The translations under genes and the position numbers were made by a program. DNA of 64,000 nt, taken from a virus. The stretch covers positions 3,364-67,363 of IMG/VR virus record IMGVR_UViG_3300035663_000011. The stretch is one strand, 5' to 3'. Below the pieces are notes generated by a model. The model searched no databases, had not been told where the DNA came from, and saw only the letters and a program-made list of their open reading frames with translations. This document shows positions 28,901 to 38,002 of this stretch, one piece after another (positions within the stretch are counted from its first letter, which is position 1; every line of letters begins with the position of its first letter).

Positions 28901-31732
28901 TTAGAAGGTTATGGTTCCAGAAGAGTTGAAGATGTAAACGCGGAACCCACCAGAAACCGAGACTGTCGGGCTTCCTGTGGTAACCGCTGCCGGGAGTGTA
29001 TCCGAGTATTTGATGACGACAATCCCTGACCCGCCCGCTTTTCCGTAAGCATTTGGGATAGTACCGCTCCCGTCACCTGCACCGCCGCCATCCCCACTAT
29101 TCGCAGTTCCGGCGCTTCCACCGGTAAATCCTCCGGTACCTCCGGTACCGTAAGTAACAGAAGTCCCGGTTATCGAGTTCGCAGTCCCCACGCCTCCGGT
29201 CGGAGTGCCACCTGCACCGCCTGACCCACCACCACCCCCAGCGGTCAAAGTTCCCGGCCACGCGCCAGACCCTGTACTACCCCCGCCGTTATATCCTTGA
29301 ACGGGCGTCGCAGAAGGAGTATTACCTGCACCGCCACCGCCAGTAGTGATACCGCCGCCGCCGGCGTCTTGTTGGTAAGACCCGCCGCCGCCTCCAGACC
29401 CGCCGGATGCTCCGTTGGCGGGAATAGTGCCGTAACTAGAACCATTACCGCTGCCACCTTTGGCGGATGTCACACCCCAAAAACTAGAGTCGTTCCCAGA
29501 GGCATTACGTGCGCCACCCGCACCTACAACTACCGCATACGTAAATCCACGAACAATTTGGAAAGCGGTGCTTGTTCGGTAGCCTCCTGCACCGCCGCCG
29601 CCGCCCGGAGCCAGATATCCCGAACCGGGGGTAAGATCAACACCGCTGTCAAACCCACCACCACCACCTGCGACTATCAAATACTCGATGTTGACGAGCG
29701 CCCCACCTCCAATAAGCGGGAACGCCGCAGTCGGCGCGGTAAAGTTGGCGGTGTAGCGGGCAACGCCTTTGGTGATGCGCAGGTCGTCAATGTAGCCGTT
29801 CAATGGAAGCGGGGAAGCCGCGCCTTGCCCATCGCCAACTCGCAATGGAAGCGTAGAGTCAAGCGAAGGGGTTCCAGTAAACGTGGAACCAATCTGTGTT
29901 CCGTTTAAAAACAGCCTAATCGCGCCGGATTGCCCAGAAACAGCAAGGTGGTACCAAGTTCCTGTTGCCGCAGGGGTTGATGTAGATATGTCAGGCGTGT
30001 CGCCTGTAGCCCAAAACGCAAAATTGCCACTAGAAATTCCAAGACCCCATCCAATGGAATTATTTTGATAGTTGCTTAAAGCGTATTGAGTTCCGCTTGC
30101 ATTGTTAAAATAAATCCAAAGTTCAGCCGTAAATGGCCCTGAACCAAAATTTGCCGTTAGCACGTTTTGCAACGGCAGATAATCCCCCGTTCCATCGAAC
30201 GCAATGGACGAGCCGCCCCACTTGCTCTGTGCCGTGCTGATCTGCGCATTACCTACGGTCTCTAGGTCGTTCTTGGCAGTCGCGTCAAGGACACCTGCGT
30301 TGGTGAAGTTGAGCAGGAGCGAGGTGCCGGAGATAGCGGTAAGCGGTGCGGTCGGAGGCGTGAAGTTGGCCGTGTAAACGGCGGTGCCTTTGACGACGCG
30401 AAGGCTCCCCATAAAGCCTTTCATATGCCCAGACGCACCGGGGTACTTGCCAATCGTAAAACTGGCCGATCCTTTGTTTCCGGTGTCAGTAGCGGGAGTT
30501 CCTTCAGATACTCCGTTGACGTACAGCGTGACCGTTCCGCTAGAGCGAACAACCGCGATATGCGCCCATTGATTAAGAATGTTTGTCGTGCCGGTAATTA
30601 CCGTCCCAAGACTTCCGTTGTCACAGTATTGAGCAACGCCCGTCGTTGTTGTTACGTGGCCAATTTGAATTGATGACGTGCCATTAACGTCGGTCGCAAA
30701 GAACCGTCTGTTTTGAGTGTCAACAGATGCATCGGTGGAATAGACCCACATTTCCACCGTGAAATTGCCCGTCCCCATATCAAGGGCGGCGTTGGTTGCA
30801 AGCGTAAGAAAATCCCCGCTTCCATCAAAAGACCCGCTCCCGCCGTTGGCGGCTGCGCTGTACGCTGCCGTGGGGTTGAACGGGCTGAAGGCTTGAACGG
30901 ACACGTCACCGTTGCGGGTGATCGTGAAATTGTTGGTCGAGTTGTCTACGAAGCGGTTGCTCTGGCAGGTGAGCAGGGAGGTATTGGTAATGGCGGTAAG
31001 GGGTGCGGTAGGGACGGTGTAGGTCGCGCCAGAATAAACCGCAGTTCCTTTCACAATGCGCACATTGGACAAATAGCCAGTTAACAAATTGGAGCCGGTA
31101 ACATTTGCGCCTATCAAAAGAGAGTAAGTGTTATTTAGGTCATGCCCCCAAGAGGCATCTTGGTCTCCACGAGTTCCGTTTGCATAACAGCTCAAGGTCG
31201 TCCCAGAACGCACAAATGCAAAATGAATCCATGTGGAAAGAGAAACTACGGGCGTAGCCCTTGTAGTAGTTTCTGCCGCGCAATTCATGTTGATTTTTTG
31301 ATTAGTGGCGTCCCACGCAATACGCCAAGCCCCACTAGTAAAAGTAGGGTCATCTCTTTTTGAGATCAATCCATCGCCGTCAACCCCGGCTGTTGAAAAA
31401 TAAACCCAGCCTTCAATGGTGAAATCCCCAGTCCCAAGGTCAAGCGCAGCGTTATCAGCGATGCTTAAATAATCCCCGCTTCCATCAAAGTAGTTTCCCC
31501 ACCCCGTCTGTGAGAACGGCGAGAACGTACCCTGCGTCGTGTTGCCGTTGCGGGTGATGCTGAAGGCATTCGTGGACGAGTCAAGGAACGTGTTGTTCTG
31601 CGCTCCGTTCGTGCCGTTACCGGGCAGGAGCAGCGTGACGTAGTTGAAATACTGATCCACTGCTTGTACGACAGAACCCAAGAACCCGTAGGCTCTAGCC
31701 GCCGCTACTGCAAGACGACTGATTACAGGCAT
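28901..31732 (-). CDS. Tail fibre/adhesin with three LamG (concanavalin-like) domains and Gly-rich C-terminus
   Basis: Three FDGxGDxL..FTxE.W.Y..W.H.A..G.....R..KG repeats; AGGGGG/GGSGIVVI Gly-rich domain. Confidence 0.85.
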   Translation of the reverse strand: MPVISRLAVAAARAYGFLGSVVQAVDQYFNYVTLLLPGNGTNGAQNNTFLDSSTNAFSITRNGNTTQGTFSPFSQTGWGNYFDGSGDYLSIADNAALDLGTGDFTIEGWVYFSTAGVDGDGLISKRDDPTFTSGAWRIAWDATNQKINMNCAAETTTRATPVVSLSTWIHFAFVRSGTTLSCYANGTRGDQDASWGHDLNNTYSLLIGANVTGSNLLTGYLSNVRIVKGTAVYSGATYTVPTAPLTAITNTSLLTCQSNRFVDNSTNNFTITRNGDVSVQAFSPFNPTAAYSAAANGGSGSFDGSGDFLTLATNAALDMGTGNFTVEMWVYSTDASVDTQNRRFFATDVNGTSSIQIGHVTTTTGVAQYCDNGSLGTVITGTTNILNQWAHIAVVRSSGTVTLYVNGVSEGTPATDTGNKGSASFTIGKYPGASGHMKGFMGSLRVVKGTAVYTANFTPPTAPLTAISGTSLLLNFTNAGVLDATAKNDLETVGNAQISTAQSKWGGSSIAFDGTGDYLPLQNVLTANFGSGPFTAELWIYFNNASGTQYALSNYQNNSIGWGLGISSGNFAFWATGDTPDISTSTPAATGTWYHLAVSGQSGAIRLFLNGTQIGSTFTGTPSLDSTLPLRVGDGQGAASPLPLNGYIDDLRITKGVARYTANFTAPTAAFPLIGGGALVNIEYLIVAGGGGGFDSGVDLTPGSGYLAPGGGGGAGGYRTSTAFQIVRGFTYAVVVGAGGARNASGNDSSFWGVTSAKGGSGNGSSYGTIPANGASGGSGGGGGSYQQDAGGGGITTGGGGAGNTPSATPVQGYNGGGSTGSGAWPGTLTAGGGGGSGGAGGTPTGGVGTANSITGTSVTYGTGGTGGFTGGSAGTANSGDGGGAGDGSGTIPNAYGKAGGSGIVVIKYSDTLPAAVTTGSPTVSVSGGFRVYIFNSSGTITF

Positions 31733-32799
31733 TACGCAAACCTCGTCTGCGAGGCAAACACCGAGAACGTCGCGGAAGCGGTCTTGATGATGGTGTACGA
31801 GTACGCATCAACACTTGAGGCGTTACCTGCGGTCGGAGCCGTACCGCCCTGCCACCGGGTCGTTACACCAGAGGTCGTGCCGTCTACCTGAACCGTCGTG
31901 TTGTAGTACGCCGTAGCGCCGTTGGTCACAAGGAATACGACCGTGATGGCCTGTCCGGTGGAAAGCAGTGTGTTGAGCGAAGTGCCCGCAGAACCCCGCA
32001 CATTGACCGTCCAGTTAGCCGAAGCGTTGGTCGTGTAGAACAACACCGACTGCGTGGTGACATCGTAGTTGATCGTTCCGGTCGCTGCCGTGGCCGATAC
32101 GGTCGTGGTCTCTGCGGCGTCGGTCAGGACTGCGGCAAGCGTGGAGGAAGACCCGCTAAACGTCTGCGTGGCTGTGAACGTGGTTGCCGTGCCGGGGGCG
32201 ACGTAATCCGTTCCTGCGGTCGCGGCAGAGAACGCCAACGCCCCATTGCCCTTCAGGATGCCGGTAACCGTAGATGCGCCTGTGCCGCCGTTAGGAACGG
32301 TCAGAACCCCAGTCACTCCAGTGGTTAGCGGGAGGCCCGTAGCATTGGTCAGCACCCCAGATGAAGGCGTTCCGAGTGGGCCACCGTTGAGCAGATACGT
32401 CGAAGCATTAACGATGTCCGTGCCGTTGGAGACAAGAACGACCTTACTGCCGTTGGGTACAGAGACACCTGTCTGGCCTGAAACCTTGACGGTCACCTGA
32501 CCGGACGAAGTGTTGTTGTAGATGAAGTAGAGCTTCCGATTGGCAGGGACGATCAGATTGGTATTGGTCCCGCCCGTACCCGTCAACTCGATGTACATGT
32601 TCCGGGCCACGCCTGTGGACCCGCTCGGAATCGTAATCGTCGTGTCCGTACCCGTGGCTACGGCTTGGGTGACATAGCCTGAAATCGCCTGCTCGATAAG
32701 CGTTCCGAGGTTGGTGTTGGTCGTGGACCCCCAAGTACCTGCCTGATCGCCTGTACCGATCAGTTCTAGGGCCAAATTTGTGCTGAATGTACTCGGCAT
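31732..32799 (-). CDS. Proximal tail fibre protein
   Basis: GTWGSTTNTNL N-terminus, LTNATGLPL / V.NGGTGA fibre repeats, T/S/G-rich. Confidence 0.75.
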   Translation of the reverse strand: MPSTFSTNLALELIGTGDQAGTWGSTTNTNLGTLIEQAISGYVTQAVATGTDTTITIPSGSTGVARNMYIELTGTGGTNTNLIVPANRKLYFIYNNTSSGQVTVKVSGQTGVSVPNGSKVVLVSNGTDIVNASTYLLNGGPLGTPSSGVLTNATGLPLTTGVTGVLTVPNGGTGASTVTGILKGNGALAFSAATAGTDYVAPGTATTFTATQTFSGSSSTLAAVLTDAAETTTVSATAATGTINYDVTTQSVLFYTTNASANWTVNVRGSAGTSLNTLLSTGQAITVVFLVTNGATAYYNTTVQVDGTTSGVTTRWQGGTAPTAGNASSVDAYSYTIIKTASATFSVFASQTRFA

Positions 32800-32809
32800 T
32801 TACGTCACC

Positions 32810-33088
32810 TTACGCCGCTATGGGCGTCCAATTCGGATTTTGTCCTGTTCCAACACCTGTCCAGTTCGGATTTTGTGTAGGGTCTATGACTACCCAAATG
32901 ATAACTGATCCTACATACCCTGTCGCTGAGACGCCGGTCACAGGGACCAGCGTTTCCAAAAATACCGTGGGTGTCCCAACTGCTCCTGTCCCAGTTGGTA
33001 AAGAGGCAACACCCTGCCCCCAACCCTGCTCGCCCCAGCCTACGCCAGAGGCATTCCAGCCCTCAAATGCGACAACGACATCGGTCAC
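32810..33088 (-). CDS. Small virion protein
   Basis: GWG repeats, QNPNWT repeats. Confidence 0.6.
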   Translation of the reverse strand: MTDVVVAFEGWNASGVGWGEQGWGQGVASLPTGTGAVGTPTVFLETLVPVTGVSATGYVGSVIIWVVIDPTQNPNWTGVGTGQNPNWTPIAA

Positions 33089-33534
33089 GCAATCCTCAAG
33101 ATCGCCGTAGTCGAGGATGCAGCCGGGAATTGGATCGTGAAGTTACCAGCCGTAGCCGTCTTGTCACTGCCAAACGCCAGCACTGCAACTGCTTTGTCCC
33201 CCTGCGAAGCGTTGTAGATCAACGCCCCATTCGCAGTCAGAGACACGTTAGTGAACACTGCGTCATCGAAATCAAGCCATGCCGTCGTACCAGACGAAGT
33301 CGGTACCTGAGAGACGGTCAGCACAATTCCGCCCGCCGTGTAGTTCGTACCCGTGACCTCATCCACAGTCGTGTAGACCGTCGTAGATGCGCCCAGATTG
33401 GCCGAGGACGTATAAAGCGCAATCTTGAACGTGTCCGGAGTCGTACTGGCACGAACTACCGTAGTTCCTAGAGCATGGATTCCATTCAGAATCTCTACCT
33501 TGAACGAAGTGACCATCGCTTGGGAAATCGGCAT
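33085..33534 (-). CDS. Conserved virion (tail-associated) protein
   Basis: MPISQAMVTSFK..FKIALYT..GALIYN..FTIQFP; GGAG RBS. Confidence 0.7.
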   Translation of the reverse strand: MPISQAMVTSFKVEILNGIHALGTTVVRASTTPDTFKIALYTSSANLGASTTVYTTVDEVTGTNYTAGGIVLTVSQVPTSSGTTAWLDFDDAVFTNVSLTANGALIYNASQGDKAVAVLAFGSDKTATAGNFTIQFPAASSTTAILRIA

Positions 33535-33535
33535 A

Positions 33536-33772
33536 TCAGTCTCCGAGACGCGCTGCCGCGTCAGCAAAACCTTCTTGAACCAACCGCGTCTTCACATCCT
33601 GAAGTTTTGAATCCTGCGCTTCGACCAAGTACTTGACCAGCACCCGGTGCAGTTCTTCCTTCGTCGTGATATGCAACAGGCGGTAGATCGCTCGTTCGGC
33701 AATCTCTTCCGGCGTGGGGCCACGGTTATCCGTGGTGAAGACCTCGACGGTACCGATTTCTCCAGTCATCAC
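33536..33772 (-). CDS. Hypothetical late protein
   Basis: 78 aa, translationally coupled. Confidence 0.6.
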   Translation of the reverse strand: MMTGEIGTVEVFTTDNRGPTPEEIAERAIYRLLHITTKEELHRVLVKYLVEAQDSKLQDVKTRLVQEGFADAAARLGD

Positions 33773-34419
33773 TGGGGCACCCTCATCGGCTGAATTCTCG
33801 GCTGTCCTGAGCGGTACGCATCGCCTCTCTCAAGCCCATCACCCAACCGAACCAACTGCTGCATGGCTTCCTGATACTTGGCCTCATAGTTCTGCATCAG
33901 GTCAGCTTCGCCCTTGAGGTAGGTATACGCCTCGCGCAAACACCCATACAACAGGATTTGCTCAAAGTTATCCCCAATCCAAGAAGTGCCCGCCGTAACG
34001 ATGGATTCTGGATAGTAGAAGTAATGCAGTTCCGTTGTGTAGTTCAGATCGGGCGTAGGTCCAAGAATTATCGTCGTGGGGTTCCACACCGCGTAGTAGT
34101 CAGGCTGTCCAGTATCCGCCACGGTCGGGTACGCTGAACGGATGTAGTTCACATCCTTGTTGAACAGAAACTCATACTCGTTCGTTACCGGGTTGATCAC
34201 CGCCATCGAATACGTCGCCAGCCAATCGGAGGGCAGGGTCATGTACTGGAACCCCGCCGTCATGTTGCCCGTGACATACTTCTTGAGCGCCGGGATCAGG
34301 ACCGAGTTGTAGATGCGCTTCTCGGCAACTTGGACAAACGTAGGAATATTGGCTACGAAGGACTGCTCCGTAGACTCACAGTATTCCTGAATCAGTTGGT
34401 TAAGCTGCGCGTAGTTCAT
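33769..34419 (-). CDS. Head-tail adaptor / tail tubular A-like protein
   Basis: F...AE.RI, G.P.YYA..GPTPD..Y, LLYGCL.EA. Confidence 0.7.
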   Translation of the reverse strand: MNYAQLNQLIQEYCESTEQSFVANIPTFVQVAEKRIYNSVLIPALKKYVTGNMTAGFQYMTLPSDWLATYSMAVINPVTNEYEFLFNKDVNYIRSAYPTVADTGQPDYYAVWNPTTIILGPTPDLNYTTELHYFYYPESIVTAGTSWIGDNFEQILLYGCLREAYTYLKGEADLMQNYEAKYQEAMQQLVRLGDGLERGDAYRSGQPRIQPMRVPQ

Positions 34420-34607
34420 TAGCTCCAGCCTGCGCGGACCTTACCTGCCTTGGTCAGATTGATCTGCGACACAAATTTCGTGCCCTTGGTGGCAGCGCCA
34501 GCGCCACGCATCTTCATGTGCGTAACGCCACTGTTGATGTCCTTCTCCGGGTAACCGTTCTCACCCGTCGATTCGGTGTTCTTCTTGATCTTGCCTGAGT
34601 CCTTCAT
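34419..34607 (-). CDS. Small basic protein
   Basis: 62 aa, RGAGAATKG motif. Confidence 0.65.
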   Translation of the reverse strand: MKDSGKIKKNTESTGENGYPEKDINSGVTHMKMRGAGAATKGTKFVSQINLTKAGKVRAGWS

Positions 34608-34612
34608 GGAGA

Positions 34613-34804
34613 TTACCTCGGACCCGAAGACTTACGCATCGGACTACGCTGATTCATGACCTTCGCCATGTTGCGTCCGTACTGCTTCATTTCGCTGTTG
34701 GTCTTGCCACCAGCACGGAAGCCCTTGACCTTCTTGCCATGAGCCTCGCTTGCAGGCTTGGCAGCATGGCGGCGAAGCGCCTTCATCGCGTCATTGTTCC
34801 TCAT
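34613..34804 (-). CDS. Small basic protein with FxxGG motif
   Basis: 63 aa, FRAGG; AGGAG RBS. Confidence 0.65.
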   Translation of the reverse strand: MRNNDAMKALRRHAAKPASEAHGKKVKGFRAGGKTNSEMKQYGRNMAKVMNQRSPMRKSSGPR

Positions 34805-34813
34805 GGGATTCTC

Positions 34814-35191
34814 CTAAGTAGTCACTACGGTGACTGTTCCAACATAGCCAGTCGGGGCAAGCGAATTGGGGGTCAGCCCAGCATCGACTCCACTTGCTCC
34901 ACCTACGGGGTTCCACCCCCACTCAAACATTCTGCTGCCGCCAGCACCGTCATTGCCGGGGGCATAATAACTCAAATCCGGGCGGGGATTACGCACCGCC
35001 TGCGGGTCACTGACTGGGTAAAGCCCCAGCGACAACTGCGGCTGATCCGGCTCCCAGCACTCCGGGCAGACCAAGAGATTGATGTTCTTGGTCTTGATGA
35101 CCAGCGTCTTCAACTGCTTCAGTTTGTACCGAAACCCACACCGGTCGCACTCTGCGATAGCGTGTTTGCCGGATGAGAACCGAGTACCCAT
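34814..35191 (-). CDS. Conserved zinc-ribbon late protein
   Basis: CDRCG...VCPECWEPDQPQL..DPQAVRNPRPD. Confidence 0.7.
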   Translation of the reverse strand: MGTRFSSGKHAIAECDRCGFRYKLKQLKTLVIKTKNINLLVCPECWEPDQPQLSLGLYPVSDPQAVRNPRPDLSYYAPGNDGAGGSRMFEWGWNPVGGASGVDAGLTPNSLAPTGYVGTVTVVTT

Positions 35192-35192
35192 A

Positions 35193-35912
35193 TCAGCCTA
35201 TGAAGCTCTCACGGGGGACGAACCTGTCCGGGGCTTTCTCTCGGTCCTCACCAGCCGCCAAATCCCAAGCCTCGTCATACTGAGCCTTGAGCGCGGCCAT
35301 CCGCTCCATCCCACCGGGCACCTTCATCGAGAGGTAGTACGCCAGCCCTGCGACCATACATGGCATGAACCTGAATGGGATGTCCTGACCGTTAACCCCA
35401 GTCCCCGGATCAAACATCCGTCGCAGGCGCGTGTAGACGAGCGTCCACGTAGTCGTGTTGTCGGGCTTCGGCCAGACGGTGAACTGCGGGTACTGAACCA
35501 CCCCAGCGGAGTTGGTCGCGCCAGACTTGCGCTGAATCCAAATCTGGATTGGACGCCCTGTCGCGTTCTTGTTGGGGATCGACAGGTAGGTACTGGACGA
35601 AATGCGCGAGATATTGATGTCCTGCTGGTTGGTACCCGTACCGGTTCGGATCACGTGGTCAAGCAGGTCTACAGTATCCACCGGCAGGTCGTAGGTCCCC
35701 TGCTCGTAGGTCAGCACCTGCGTACCCGTATCCAGCGTCCAGAGGTTGATTCCCCGGTTCGCCCAGTCCATGAGTAGCAGCGAAAGACTACGCTTCGCAG
35801 TACGGAACTCGTACCCGGTCCGCATTTCAGCCCCACAACGCTCGTAGGCTTCCTCAATCAGGATATTGAGGTCGAGGTTGAAATCGGTGGTGTTTGTAGT
35901 CCTGTAGGCCAT
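35193..35912 (-). CDS. Head-tail connector/adaptor protein
   Basis: IEEAYERCG..WANRGINLW..GRP.Q..P.RF.PC..AGLAYY. Confidence 0.7.
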   Translation of the reverse strand: MAYRTTNTTDFNLDLNILIEEAYERCGAEMRTGYEFRTAKRSLSLLLMDWANRGINLWTLDTGTQVLTYEQGTYDLPVDTVDLLDHVIRTGTGTNQQDINISRISSSTYLSIPNKNATGRPIQIWIQRKSGATNSAGVVQYPQFTVWPKPDNTTTWTLVYTRLRRMFDPGTGVNGQDIPFRFMPCMVAGLAYYLSMKVPGGMERMAALKAQYDEAWDLAAGEDREKAPDRFVPRESFIG

Positions 35913-35933
35913 TACTTTTTACTCTTGGACTTC

Positions 35934-36179
35934 TTACTTGCCCGCTTGGCGATAGCTGCGCGTTTTAGCAGCAATACCTTTGGGTTGTTGTACGAACTGC
36001 TTACCTTGCGCCTTGCCTTTACGCTTGGCGGCGGTGGTTCGGGCGTACTCGGAAGGGGAGAGGGCTTTGATCGCAGCCTCTGGAAGATATCTTTCACCCG
36101 TGTCAGAAGATCGTTTACCACTCTTCGTCCTCCACTTCTGCTGCGTCCAAGCCTTCAATGACTGCTGAGGAGCCTTCAT
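35934..36179 (-). CDS. Small basic protein (DUF5872-like C-terminal half)
   Basis: QQSL..WT.QKW.TKSG..GERYLP..A..AL..GKQFV. Confidence 0.7.
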   Translation of the reverse strand: MKAPQQSLKAWTQQKWRTKSGKRSSDTGERYLPEAAIKALSPSEYARTTAAKRKGKAQGKQFVQQPKGIAAKTRSYRQAGK

Positions 36180-36472
36180 GACTTATACCCGCCGCCCTTT
36201 TCCTTGTAGCGTTTAGCCAACAACTGCGCCTTCCGCGCCGACCACTGCCCCGCACCTGTACCCTGCGTTGCTGAAGACTTGATGGACTCAAACAACTTCT
36301 TACGCATACCGGGCTTGGTGTAGTTACCGGCCTCGTTGACCTTGCTCTCGCCACCTTCCTTGAACGTCTTGATCGGCTTGCCAGTACCGATGACAGGCGC
36401 GCCATCACCCCGCCGTCTAGCGCGGGGCAACTTGGACTTCGCAACCGCGCCCATGCCGCGAGACGGTATCAC
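36176..36472 (-). CDS. Small basic protein (FxxGG motif plus DUF5872-like N-terminal half)
   Basis: FKEGG; NYTKP..GQWSARKAQLLAKRYKEKGGGY. Confidence 0.7.
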   Translation of the reverse strand: MIPSRGMGAVAKSKLPRARRRGDGAPVIGTGKPIKTFKEGGESKVNEAGNYTKPGMRKKLFESIKSSATQGTGAGQWSARKAQLLAKRYKEKGGGYKS

Positions 36473-36585
36473 GACGGAGTCGCCTTCGGTTTGACCTTCG
36501 CCCCCCTGACAAACTTCACTTCGTCCTTCTTGGGGAGAGCCGCCTGCTTCTTCGGCTCTTCGTACTGTCGTGCAAGGTTCTTCAT
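36469..36585 (-). CDS. 38-aa basic peptide not in the ORF track
   Basis: MKNLARQYEEPKKQAALPKKDEVKFVRGAKVKPKATPS; coupled to both neighbours (TGATG / GTGA overlaps). Confidence 0.55.
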   Translation of the reverse strand: MKNLARQYEEPKKQAALPKKDEVKFVRGAKVKPKATPS

Positions 36586-37184
36586 CAGATCATCCGACCT
36601 CGGGTCTTGCCCTTCGTGGCACAGCCGTCAGCCCGCTTGGAAGCGGAGGAAACGGACCCGCCGGAAGCATAACGTTTCACAGACCCGCCACGTTTATAGC
36701 CCTGCGCTGTTGGATTTTTACGCATAGCTTTATATGCGTCATCCAAAGTAACAATTGTGGGCTTAGGCCGATTACCCCCCGGCTTACCGGGGGCTTTTTG
36801 GTTTCGTACTTTATACCGCGCTTCATCACGCATCGCTTGAGATGGGGCTTCATCAACTTCCGCCCCCGCAGCAATAGCTCTGGGGTTGGGTCTTACCCGC
36901 CCTTCTTTTGCAAAATCAACGCTTGGAGTTTTACCCTCTTTTGCAAAATCTACTGCTGCTTCTTTTGTCTTTTTGTCTTCCTTCATCTCGGTCGTGTACT
37001 TCTTTCCACGCCAAGTGAACTCATCGAGGCCCTGCTTGCGGGCTTCTCTAAACGCATCCTTAAAACTAATGTTAGACCCGCCAGCACTACCGGATTCAGC
37101 ATAACTAGTCATGCCGGGAACTTTGCCACCTTCCACAAATCGCTTCATGCCGTAGCGGGGACCGAACTTCGTAGGCTTCTTCAT
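36585..37184 (-). CDS. Basic protein with three xxGG motifs and shared C-terminal module
   Basis: FVEGG, YKRGG, YASGG; SFKDAFREARKQG..FTWRGKKYTT mini-domain; C-terminal RADGCATKGKTRG. Confidence 0.7.
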   Translation of the reverse strand: MKKPTKFGPRYGMKRFVEGGKVPGMTSYAESGSAGGSNISFKDAFREARKQGLDEFTWRGKKYTTEMKEDKKTKEAAVDFAKEGKTPSVDFAKEGRVRPNPRAIAAGAEVDEAPSQAMRDEARYKVRNQKAPGKPGGNRPKPTIVTLDDAYKAMRKNPTAQGYKRGGSVKRYASGGSVSSASKRADGCATKGKTRGRMI

Positions 37185-37237
37185 ACAAACTTTCCTCGGG
37201 TCTTGCCCTTCGTGGCACAGCCGTCAGCCCGCTTGGA
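36598..37237. repeat. 44-bp identical direct repeat at 36598-36641 and 37194-37237
   Basis: cctcgggtcttgcccttcgtggcacagccgtcagcccgcttgga, encoding SKRADGCATKGKTRG in two adjacent genes. Confidence 0.9.
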
Positions 37238-37459
37238 CGCCGACGAAACAGAGCCACCAGAGGCGTACTTCTTCTCAGGCTTCTTAGGCGCTTTCGGCTT
37301 GGGCGGCGGAGTAGAAGCGCCGTACCCAAACTGACGCCATTCCGGAATCACCGACTTTTCCGGCAGGTTCCCTCGCGGGGTCAAATCGTCCGAAGACGAC
37401 GGAGGCGGGGGCGGAGGAGGCGGTGGGGGCGGCGTAGGCTTTTTGTCTTTCTCAGCCAT
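37181..37459 (-). CDS. Small Pro/Lys-rich protein with shared C-terminal module
   Basis: Poly-Pro, YASGGSVSSASKRADGCATKGKTRG. Confidence 0.65.
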   Translation of the reverse strand: MAEKDKKPTPPPPPPPPPPPSSSDDLTPRGNLPEKSVIPEWRQFGYGASTPPPKPKAPKKPEKKYASGGSVSSASKRADGCATKGKTRGKFV

Positions 37460-37815
37460 CAGCAAGCACCGCCCATACGCATCTTGATCTGCTTACCCTT
37501 GGTCTTGCCCTTGGACGCAATGCCATCAGCAGCACGACGGAACGAGCCGACAGAGCCACCGCTCTTCATGCCGTACTCGGCCTTCTCATGCTTGACCATC
37601 GACTTCGGAGCGCCCTTCTTCTTCATGAAGGCAATCTCCTTCTTCGCCATTTCTTTCGAGTGTTTCATTGTTCCTCCGGAACCAAATTTGCGGCCCTTAT
37701 CGGCCTCAGCGTAATCACGACCCACAGATTGAGGGATTCCAACACGCTTGGCTGCTTTGGGGTCATGAGCAACCATCGCCATCAAACGATGCTGAGCCGC
37801 AGACTTACTCGGCAT
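37459..37815 (-). CDS. Small basic protein with three xxGG motifs
   Basis: MPSKSAAQHRLM; FGSGG, MKSGG, MRMGG; ADGIASKGKTKG. Confidence 0.7.
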   Translation of the reverse strand: MPSKSAAQHRLMAMVAHDPKAAKRVGIPQSVGRDYAEADKGRKFGSGGTMKHSKEMAKKEIAFMKKKGAPKSMVKHEKAEYGMKSGGSVGSFRRAADGIASKGKTKGKQIKMRMGGAC

Positions 37816-38002
37816 TGTCGGTATTCCCTTTACGGCCAAGAAGTTTCTGAACGGTCGCGGATTCATAAATCCGAAGCCCAGTCCACACTATCGTGAAGAG
37901 CGCAGCGATTGAGGGAAGCGCGTCTACCAACGCTCCTACTACAGTGAAAACGGAAACAGCATCACCAACGTTTTTGAGAGTTTCAGCAGTTTCGTGTTTC
38001 AT
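37805..38002 (-). CDS. Small membrane protein (holin-like)
   Basis: Two hydrophobic segments; LPSIAALFTIVWTGLRIYE. Confidence 0.6.
   Translation of the reverse strand: MKHETAETLKNVGDAVSVFTVVGALVDALPSIAALFTIVWTGLRIYESATVQKLLGRKGNTDNAE

Noticed and set aside
28901-31732. Diversity-generating retroelement acting on the fibre
   Set aside because: No reverse transcriptase and no TR/VR pair with adenine-specific differences was seen
35912-36121. Alternative-frame 69-aa ORF overlapping 35934..36179
   Set aside because: The other frame carries recognisable conserved motifs and a coupled start
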